Below the pieces are notes generated by a model that was not told the origin of the DNA, ran no database searches, and was given only the letters and a program-made list of their open reading frames with translations. Below are positions 44,420-52,449 of a stretch of 64,000 bases of DNA, piece by piece (the first letter of the stretch is position 1; each line of letters opens with the position of its first letter). Source of the DNA: an uncultured Acidobacteriota bacterium (lineage in GTDB: Bacteria; Acidobacteriota; UBA6911); assembly GCA_963843575.1 (NCBI GenBank), contig CAWJKZ010000014.1, forward strand, positions 704,001 through 768,000, in the 5' to 3' direction. The translations under genes and the position numbers were made by a program.

Positions 44420-45418
44420 ATGGAGGCCATGAACCATGTGGAACGGTTCCGGGCGGTCATGAACTTCCAGCCGGTGGACCGTTTGCCGATGTGGGAGTGG
44501 GCGATGTGGTGGGACCAGACGATCGCCCGCTGGCACGGCGAAGGCCTGCCGAGGAAACTCACGTTCAGTCGTGTGTTCGACGTCGCGCAGTACTTCGGGC
44601 TCGATCCCTACCAGCAGTTCTGGTTCAGCACCACCGAATCGACTATCGAGGCCACCCAGCACCACGTGGAGGGGATCGTCGGCAGCATGGACGACTACCG
44701 CCGGGTAAGGCCGCGGCTGTACCCGGACCACCGCAGGGCGATCGAGGCGATGGGCGCCTGGGCCCGGTGGCAGGCGCACGGCGAGGCTGTGGTGTGGGCC
44801 ACGCTGGAAGGCTTCTTCTGGTTCCCTCGCACCCTGATGGACATCGAGCGGTTGAGCTTCGCCTTCTACGATCAGCCCGACGTGGTGCACGCCATCAATG
44901 GCGATCTGCTCGAGTTCAATCTCGGGCTGGTGCGGCAGATGGCGAAGGTCTGCGTGCCGACTTTCATGACCCTCGCCGAGGACATGAGCTACAACCTCGG
45001 GCCGATGATCTCACAGCGCGTCTTCGAGACGTTCCTCGCGCCGTATTATCGCCGGCTGATGGAGGCGCTGGGCGAGCTGAACATCATGCTGATCGTCGAC
45101 ACCGACGGGGACGTGACGAAGCTCGTGCCGTGGCTCGAAGCCGTGGGTGTTTCCGGTGTGCTGCCCCTCGAGCGCCAGGCCGGCGTGGACGGGATGACGC
45201 TGCGGCGGCAGTACCCGAAGCTGCGGATGGTGGGACACTACAACAAGCTGGTGATGAACCAGGGCGAGGCCGCCATGCGTGCCGAGTTTGAGCGCCTGCT
45301 GCCGCTGATGCGGACCGGCGGCTTCATCCCGAGCGTCGACCACCAGACGCCCCCGGGCGTCTCCCTCGAGGAATACCGCCTCTACAGGTGCCTTCTCACT
45401 GAATACATGCGCCGCTGA
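44420..45418 (+). CDS. Uroporphyrinogen decarboxylase family protein
   Basis: ERFRAVMNFQPVDRLP, EDMSYN.GPMIS, DTDGD, GGFIPSVDHQTPP. Confidence 0.85.
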   Translation: MEAMNHVERFRAVMNFQPVDRLPMWEWAMWWDQTIARWHGEGLPRKLTFSRVFDVAQYFGLDPYQQFWFSTTESTIEATQHHVEGIVGSMDDYRRVRPRLYPDHRRAIEAMGAWARWQAHGEAVVWATLEGFFWFPRTLMDIERLSFAFYDQPDVVHAINGDLLEFNLGLVRQMAKVCVPTFMTLAEDMSYNLGPMISQRVFETFLAPYYRRLMEALGELNIMLIVDTDGDVTKLVPWLEAVGVSGVLPLERQAGVDGMTLRRQYPKLRMVGHYNKLVMNQGEAAMRAEFERLLPLMRTGGFIPSVDHQTPPGVSLEEYRLYRCLLTEYMRR

Positions 45419-45444
45419 GGCCGCCGAGGATCCGTGGGTTCAGT

Positions 45445-45469
45445 GGTCGGGGTCGGCCCGACCCCGACC
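45445..45469. terminator. GC-rich inverted repeat, possible terminator
   Basis: GGTCGGGGTCGG-C-CCGACCCCGACC just after the URO-D stop; no clear U-tract. Confidence 0.35.
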
Positions 45470-45939
45470 GAACAGGGAACAACCGGAGCTCGTCGACCAA
45501 GCCACGGGATGCGCAAAATCTCCGCGCCCGCCCATTCGGGCGACTGTCTCGCGGCTGCGGGGGCTCTCAAGGCAGACGACCACGGGCGGGCCCAGCACTT
45601 CCCAGGAGCCTCGTCACTTCTAGCAGATAGGCTTTTTGGTCTCAATCGATTTGCTCATCATGGGCCTCCCCAACGAAGCACTGTAATCTACACGTGGCCG
45701 CAACCGGAGCGGGTTTGCGATATCACCCGGGCCTCGATGGTTGTGCTTCTGTCCCGCTGGGTCACGCGCGATATGCTTCACCCTCCCGTAGGTTCGCAAA
45801 AAACGCGACGATTTCACACGACACGATCTGGCGCGCCAAGCGATCTTCAGCCAGCAAGTCGCGAGGAATCGCAGTCAGAGTTATTAGGCAGGCGGCTGGA
45901 GTCTACCGCTGACTTGAATTCTGCTCCAGTTCGGGGGCC

Positions 45940-48057
45940 TCAACGCGCGCAGCGGAATCCGTGCAATTCGGTGCAATACGTTGGAGCGCCCGGCAACCGG
46001 ACGGCCGAGCGTAACACGGTTGGATGACCGTGAATGAAGCCGCCGCGCGCAACACGGTCTCCCGAGGCTTCGGGGTCCTCACGCCCATCATCACTGCGGT
46101 ACGGATAGTCCGAGGAGAGGCTGGAGGTCCACTCGCCGGCGTTGCCGAGCATGTCGTACAGGCCCCACGGATTTCTGCGGCGCTCATCGCCGACCGGCAG
46201 GGTATTGTGGCTGTTATTGGCAAAGACATCCGCGAAGGTATCGCCCCACCAAAATTCCGACTGGGTGCCGGCACGGCAGGCGTACTCCCACTCGGCCTCA
46301 GTCGGGAGCCTTTTGCCTGCCCACTGCGCATAGGCCCGGGATGCATGCCAGCTCACGCAGAGCACCGGGTGATCGGCTTTACCTGGCGGATAATCAAAAC
46401 CGTTCCACAGTTTGAGGTATTCCTCGTCTACAAGGCGCTGCCCGGCCCTCCCCTTCTGCCACTGCGGGTTGGCATACACGAATCGCTGATAGTCCGCGTT
46501 GGTGACTTCGTTCACATCCATCCAGAAGCCCCGCTCCACCCTCACCGTGTGCTTCAGTTCCGAGAAACCGTTGGATCTGAGGACAGACAGAGTGCCCATC
46601 TGGAAGCTTCCTGGAGGTATCCAGACCATTTCGCGGCCGTCGCCCGGGCTGGTCCAGCGATCACCAGGCCGGGGATCCGGGTCCTCGCCTTTTAGACGCT
46701 GGATAGCCGGGAGATCCTTGGCGGCAACATAACCGCCGTGCCAGGCCCACACGAAATAAGCCCCGGCAACCATCAGGACCACGGCCGCCAGTCCGAGGGC
46801 CAGGCGAACCAACCACGGAACAATTCGCGAGGAAACCGATCGCCGGTTCCATGCTGCGGCTTTTTTCTCAGGCTTGTCCGTTCGTTCCTGCGCTGCTATG
46901 TCCGTCTCGACTCCTCGCGTGGACTGCGGGAGCCGGTCGTCGGCGCTGCCGACCGGCGAAACCGGCGTTCCCCGATCCGGCGGTTTGCCGACCCTAGGTG
47001 CGGACTCCGCGCTCTTCCGTTCTTCAGTTGGCGGGCGCGGTTCCTTCGCCGCATGACTCCGCTCCCTTGCAGGACTGAGCTCGGCGGCCTCCGCCTGTAT
47101 GCGGAGCAGGGCCTCCTGCCGCTCGCGCTCCGCCGTGCCATCCAATTCCCGGCAGAGCTCCGCGACTGTCGGAAACCGATCTGCAGCCTGCTTTTCGAGG
47201 CAGCGCAGCACGAGGGCGTTCATGGCCGGCGATACCCCCTCGATGGGTTTCGGCGCTTTCCCACGGATCTGGGCCGTGATATCGCCCGTGTAAAACGGCG
47301 GGTCGCCGGTGACGAGCTCGTAGAGGACGACACCCAGCGAATACAGGTCGCTCTGGGGGGACGTCTCCCCCATGACCTGTTCCGGAGACATGTAAAGGAG
47401 GGTGCCAGAGTCGAGTGCGCCGGTCAGGCGCGATACCGAGTCACGGCAGGCGCGCGCGATGCCGAAGTCCGCGATTTTCACCGAACCATCCTTACCGAGC
47501 ATCACGTTCCCCGGCTTGAGATCGCGGTGGACTATGCCCTTCGAATGGGCATGTTCGAGGCCCCGGCAAATTTCAACCGCGATTCTCCTCGCTTCGCCTT
47601 CCGGGAACCTGTCCGACGCCGCCAGCAACTGGGCCAGGCTTTCCCCATCCACGAATTCCATGGTGAGGAACTTTAAGTCCCCGTCCTCCTCGAAGTTGTG
47701 CACGCGGACGATGTTCGGGTGTGTAAGAGCCATCGAATGCCTGGCCTCGGACTTGAGTCGCGCAACCGAACCCGCGTCGCGGCTGAGGATGTCGCGCATA
47801 ACCTTGATGGCAACCGGCAACCGGAGGGCCTCATCTTCGGCCTGGTAGACCCGGCCCATGCCCCCGATTCCAATCTGCCTCTGAATGCGATAGCGTTTCA
47901 GCAGGATCGTCCCCGCCGCAAGGCCGAATTCCGTCGCAGCGGCCCCGATCGGATCGCTCACCGGTTTGCGGTTTGAGGTCGGCGCGAGGTCTCGTCCGCA
48001 GGCGGAGCAGAACAGCCCATCATCTGGATTCACGGTACGGCAGTAGCTGCAGTGCAT
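45940..48057 (-). CDS. Ser/Thr protein kinase with N-terminal zinc ribbon, TM helix and C-terminal FGE-sulfatase (SUMF1) domain
   Basis: CSYC..CSAC; GIGGMG.VY, VAIK, HRDLKPGN, DFG, YMSPE; RLPTEAEWEYACRAG, GLYDMLGN, GFRCAR. Confidence 0.93.
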   Translation of the reverse strand: MHCSYCRTVNPDDGLFCSACGRDLAPTSNRKPVSDPIGAAATEFGLAAGTILLKRYRIQRQIGIGGMGRVYQAEDEALRLPVAIKVMRDILSRDAGSVARLKSEARHSMALTHPNIVRVHNFEEDGDLKFLTMEFVDGESLAQLLAASDRFPEGEARRIAVEICRGLEHAHSKGIVHRDLKPGNVMLGKDGSVKIADFGIARACRDSVSRLTGALDSGTLLYMSPEQVMGETSPQSDLYSLGVVLYELVTGDPPFYTGDITAQIRGKAPKPIEGVSPAMNALVLRCLEKQAADRFPTVAELCRELDGTAERERQEALLRIQAEAAELSPARERSHAAKEPRPPTEERKSAESAPRVGKPPDRGTPVSPVGSADDRLPQSTRGVETDIAAQERTDKPEKKAAAWNRRSVSSRIVPWLVRLALGLAAVVLMVAGAYFVWAWHGGYVAAKDLPAIQRLKGEDPDPRPGDRWTSPGDGREMVWIPPGSFQMGTLSVLRSNGFSELKHTVRVERGFWMDVNEVTNADYQRFVYANPQWQKGRAGQRLVDEEYLKLWNGFDYPPGKADHPVLCVSWHASRAYAQWAGKRLPTEAEWEYACRAGTQSEFWWGDTFADVFANNSHNTLPVGDERRRNPWGLYDMLGNAGEWTSSLSSDYPYRSDDGREDPEASGDRVARGGFIHGHPTVLRSAVRLPGAPTYCTELHGFRCAR

Positions 48058-49188
48058 AGAAGTGTCCCGCCTTCCGGCGGCAGGAATTCAGTCGACTTGG
48101 AAGTGCCGCATCGGGCATCGCACCACGAGGAGCACGCCCGCCGCAATCGGGCGCGTGCCCGTTTCGAGCCGGGGACCGGAACGATGCTCCATGCAGCAAC
48201 GCGATTCTCAGGGAGAATCGCTCGTGTCGATCGGTACGCCGGGCAACCCATGGAAACGTTCAGTTTGAGATGTCAGCCAGTCTATTCGGAAACTTGCAGG
48301 GTGTCCAGCCATTTGGCCGGTGTGAGCAACCCGTCTGCTGCGCAACTCCTCCTCCATGGCCACGTTGCGCTCGCAGGACTATGGCAACGGCTTGGTAGCA
48401 TGGAGATGAGCCAAAGTCACATCAACTCCGCACCAAAAAACCTTCGAATCCAAAAAGAAACGCATTCCCTCCTCTCTGCAGGCAACAAAGGGTGTGTCCC
48501 GGGAAACCGCGAACGTTGTGGAATTCAGCGGCATGATATCGTCGGACTCAACCAGTTTCAGCAGCCTTGCGTGGTTTTTCCACACGCAATCCAGATTGCG
48601 GAGCATGTTTTTGATGTAGTGCTGGACGTTCAGCCAGACACCGACGTAAGCGTGGCCCCGCATCAGAAATCATATCGGACACAGTCCCATTCGCTCGACG
48701 CTGGCTGCGCAGAGCAGGGTCAAATCAAGGCATGTGCCTCGGCGATGCTCGAAAGTCTTTTCCGCAAAAAAACCTTCTGTGAAACGGTGCGAAATGAATT
48801 CCACAGGGTTTCAGGAGTCTCAAAGCTGGGGGGGGGGATTGATGTAAGTGATTTTCAAATCCTGCTGCAACGTATTATAGAGAGCTTCCATCATCTCGAA
48901 GGCTTTTTTCCGGGTTGCCGCGCTGATACCCGCTGAGGTCGGTTTGTTTGTTCTCGCGGCGCGAGCGGTCCCGAACCATGTTGATGATTTTTTCGACCGC
49001 TTCGTTGTTGGGCCGGACGAAACAGGCCATGACATCCGCCATGTGCGGGTGGTAATATCATTCATTATAGGCAAGAACCTGCATCGGATAAGTGTCGGAG
49101 AAATACAACTCTTCATCTGCAACCACGTCGATCCGCAAACAGCCTTCTTCCGCTTCCTGCACTTGCCGCAAGCGCGATCGAATGAATC

Positions 49189-51648
49189 CAGACCTCCTGA
49201 CATAGCCCCCTGGAACCCACATTTCCATTGGTGATTCCTCAAGGGGGGCGGGGACCCAAACCTGTCCTCTTTTTTCGACTCTGATACCCCGGTTCTACCT
49301 GCGATGCTCCTGTCATGGCGGGAGCACAAAGGCAACAGAGTCTGTTCGTTCAACCGGTCAAGGATGCCGGCTCCATTGTCGTCAATGACCGTTGCACGGT
49401 TCGCACGGATCTGGGCAACCGAGTCGTTGTCGTCTCCGGTATCGTCCTGGCCCAGTACGATATTGCCGACCGTATGGCGGAGTCCTACGCGATGGTCAGT
49501 CTCGTGGAACAGGGCTGGGCAAGCCAGCGGGAAGTAGCACGAGCGTTCCGGTGTTCCGTACGCACGGTTCGTCGGCATCAACTTCGATTCGCCGCAGGCG
49601 GCTTGACTGCGCTCGGCCACCGGGACGGGTATCCTGCGGGACTCCCCCGATTGACGCGCTCGCGCGTACAGATGGTCCATCGACTCAAGGATGAGGGTCT
49701 GGCGAACCGTGAGGTGGCCCGTCGGCTCGGCGTCACTCCGAAAGCGGTCAGGAAACTCTTGAAGCGGTCGGGTTGGCACGACCACGAACCCGAACAGGTC
49801 CGCTTGCCGCTGGCGCCGTCGGGTGGGGACCCAAACCTGTCCCCTTTTCAATCCAAGCAGGCGGTTACGGCATCCGTAAGACCCTCGCCGGGCGGGGACC
49901 CAAGCGTGTCCACTTTTGTCGCTGATGCCGCAGAACCGGTTCCGATATCGTTCGATGCGGATCCTTCCGATCGGCGCGTGGATCGCATCCTTGCCTGTCT
50001 GGGACTCCTGGACGATGCGGCACCGCTGTTCTGTGCCGAAGCCCGTGTGCCCCATGCCGGCGTGCTGCTGGCGGTGCCGGCCCTGGTGGCGAGCGGCGTC
50101 TTTGCGATTGCCCGGAGCGTCTATGGCAGCATCGGCCCGGCCTTCTACGGTCTTCGCACGACTCTCATGGCTTTGGTGTTGATGGCGCTGCTGAGGATCA
50201 AGCGCCCCGAGGCACTCAAAGAGCATGCGCCGGATGATCTGGGACGCGTTCTTGGCCTCGATCGTGCTCCCGAGGTCAAGACGATGCGGCGCAAGCTCGA
50301 CCGGCTGGCTGCATCCGGTCGGGCCGCCGACTTCGGAAGAGCTCTGGCGCAAAAGCGCGTCGCAGAGCGAGGAGCCGCCATGGGATTCCTTTATGTGGAT
50401 GGACACGTGCGGGTCTATCACGGCAAGCGGACCCTGCCCAAGGCTCACGTCGCGCGGATGCGTCTGTCGATGCCGGCCACGACCGACTACTGGGTCAATG
50501 ATGCGGTCGGCGACCCGCTTTTTGTCGTCACTGCGGAAGCCAATGCCGGACTGACAAAGATGTTGCCTGTCCTGCTCCAGGAGGTGCGCTCGCTCGTGGG
50601 TGAGCGGCGGGTTACCGTGGCGTTTGACCGCGGCGGGTACAGCCCGAAGCTTTTTCTGGAGCTCATCGCTGACGGGTTCGACATTCTCACGTATCGAAAG
50701 GGGCGCATCCGGCGTATAGCCCGAGCGCACTTCAGTCGACACGAGGCGGTCATCCATGGTCGCAAGGTGGCTTACACATTGGCGGATCAGGGGGTTCGCT
50801 TGCTGAAAGGCAAGCTCCGGCTGCGCCAGGTGACGCGTCTCGTTGAGGATGGACACCAGACCCCCATTCTGACTTCCCGCCGGGACATCCCGGCCATCGA
50901 GGTCGCCTTCCGGATGTTTGAGCGGTGGACGCAGGAGAACTTCTTCAAATATCTCCGCGAGGAGTACGCGCTGGATGCCTTGGCGGACTACGGCGCTGTT
51001 GCCGCGGACCCGGCGCGGGAGGTGCCCAACCCCAAAAGAGCCGAGATGACGGCGCAACTCGAGGCGGTGCGCGCCGAGTTTAATCGCCTCACCGCAGAAT
51101 ACGGAGCCGAGGCCTTCATCAACCCTGAACAGTCCCGACCGACGATGCGAGGATTCAAGATTGCGCAATCCAACCTCGCAAATCGTATCCGGAAGGCATT
51201 CGACTGCATCTCGAACCTCGAAGTGGCGCGATCGGCTCTGCCCAAGCGGGTTCCCGTCGCCAGTGTCGTCGCGGACGAGGTGGTCCAGCTTGCACCGGAA
51301 CATAAACTGCTCACGAACATCATCAAGATGGTCGCTTACCAGGCCGAGAGTGATCTCGTGCATCTCGTGGCGCCTCACTACAAGCGGGCGGCCGACGAAG
51401 GCCGTACGTTGATCCAGTCTGCCCTCGCGTGTACCGGGAATCTCCGGGTCACGACGGAAGAACTCCACGTCACGTTGGCTCCCCTCAGCTCGCCGCATCG
51501 CTCCAAGGCAATTGCAGCACTCTGCGAGGAACTGAACCTCAGCGCGGCCACGTTCCCTGGATCCCGCCTCCGTCTCCGCTACGCGGTGGAACTCGGTCGG
51601 CCGTGCCATAAGAGGACAATTCAATAGGCGCCTATGTCAGGAGGTCTG
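49189..51648 (+). mobile_element. Insertion sequence, 2460 bp
   Basis: 17-bp perfect TIRs CAGACCTCCTGACATAG / CTATGTCAGGAGGTCTG; GAATC direct repeat at 49184-88 and 51649-53. Confidence 0.9.
49315..51627 (+). CDS. Putative DDE-type transposase with N-terminal HTH domains (770 aa)
   Basis: Two HTH-like segments (REVARAF, REVARRLGV); YVDGHVRVYHG, FDRGG, RW.QENFFKY; fills the TIR-bounded element. Confidence 0.85.
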   Translation: MAGAQRQQSLFVQPVKDAGSIVVNDRCTVRTDLGNRVVVVSGIVLAQYDIADRMAESYAMVSLVEQGWASQREVARAFRCSVRTVRRHQLRFAAGGLTALGHRDGYPAGLPRLTRSRVQMVHRLKDEGLANREVARRLGVTPKAVRKLLKRSGWHDHEPEQVRLPLAPSGGDPNLSPFQSKQAVTASVRPSPGGDPSVSTFVADAAEPVPISFDADPSDRRVDRILACLGLLDDAAPLFCAEARVPHAGVLLAVPALVASGVFAIARSVYGSIGPAFYGLRTTLMALVLMALLRIKRPEALKEHAPDDLGRVLGLDRAPEVKTMRRKLDRLAASGRAADFGRALAQKRVAERGAAMGFLYVDGHVRVYHGKRTLPKAHVARMRLSMPATTDYWVNDAVGDPLFVVTAEANAGLTKMLPVLLQEVRSLVGERRVTVAFDRGGYSPKLFLELIADGFDILTYRKGRIRRIARAHFSRHEAVIHGRKVAYTLADQGVRLLKGKLRLRQVTRLVEDGHQTPILTSRRDIPAIEVAFRMFERWTQENFFKYLREEYALDALADYGAVAADPAREVPNPKRAEMTAQLEAVRAEFNRLTAEYGAEAFINPEQSRPTMRGFKIAQSNLANRIRKAFDCISNLEVARSALPKRVPVASVVADEVVQLAPEHKLLTNIIKMVAYQAESDLVHLVAPHYKRAADEGRTLIQSALACTGNLRVTTEELHVTLAPLSSPHRSKAIAALCEELNLSAATFPGSRLRLRYAVELGRPCHKRTIQ

Positions 51649-52449
51649 GAATCAGGGGGAGGCAGAGGCTTTTCTCCACGTGTTTTTTGCCGGGGAGGAT
51701 GTCAGGGATCGTCTTCTGAAATGGTTCACTGTAGTCTGGAGCCACCCAGGCTTTTACCAGGATATTCTGAAGGACCTCCTTTGAATTGTTGTTGAGCTGC
51801 AGCGAAGTGATGAGGGGCTGTCCCGAGTGCACCAGCGAATAGTTGAGGCGAGGTATGCCTTTGACTTTGAGCTTCAGGTCCCGAATTGCGATTCGCTGGA
51901 AAAGGGGCGCTCCGGCCTGTTGCATCAGCAGGTCAAGCCTGTAACCCGTGTTCTTGATTGGCAGGCGGGGATCGATTTCGGCGTGGCTGAGAAGATCGGG
52001 TAGTTCGTCTTCGTCTTCCTCGGCCAGCTCGTCAATTTCTGCGTCGGACAGGTCGGATGGCAGTGACGTTGTCCGATGGGAGGGACTGGCGCCTCTGCGG
52101 TCGAGGATGCCTGAAATCTCGTCGACGGAGCGCGACACATCGCTTCTGATCTGGTCCAGCATGCTTTGATTCCGGCTGCGAAGTGCTTCAAGAGACGATT
52201 GCAGTGCCGATCGGGGGCCGGAGGAGGCTCCTGTGCCGGTGCGCGCTTGCGCGCAGGCTCTGCATGTGGCGCTGAAGGAGCCACACCGGGAGCCGTTCTT
52301 GGTATGTCATGGCGCGCAGCCAGAACGACTCCCAGGGCACCCGATTTCGGCGGATGCTGGACAACCAGTGGCATTGTCGAATAGACTCAGGCCGCCCTAC
52401 AGCATCTCAATTCTGCGGACGAAGTGCCGCACCGAACTGGAGATCAGCC

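Larger units (their letters stand above)
48379..52162 (-). pseudogene. Transglutaminase-like protein resembling the N-terminal region of DUF3320/DUF4011 helicases; interrupted by an IS, two TGA stops and frameshifts
   Basis: LNYSLV..G.PLI.. on the right of the IS; VLAYNE*, FVRPN, GYQ, YINPPP, GTCLD (48724-48738), GHAYVGVWL on the left; may extend up to ~52374. Confidence 0.7.

Noticed and set aside
45443-45452. GTGGTCGGGG matching the tRNA-Pro(CGG) 3' end as a possible att site
   Set aside because: Only 10 bp in GC-rich DNA, and it is one arm of a local hairpin; too weak to set the island boundary.
48670-49060. In-frame TGA codons as stop-codon reassignment or selenocysteine
   Set aside because: Many intact genes here end in TGA, and this gene is also IS-disrupted; nonsense mutation is simpler.
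48820-51624. Long antisense or alternate-frame ORFs (934 aa here; also 8182-9504, 13789-15462, 19247-20965)
   Set aside because: Shadow ORFs of real genes caused by high-GC codon bias; no recognisable motifs.
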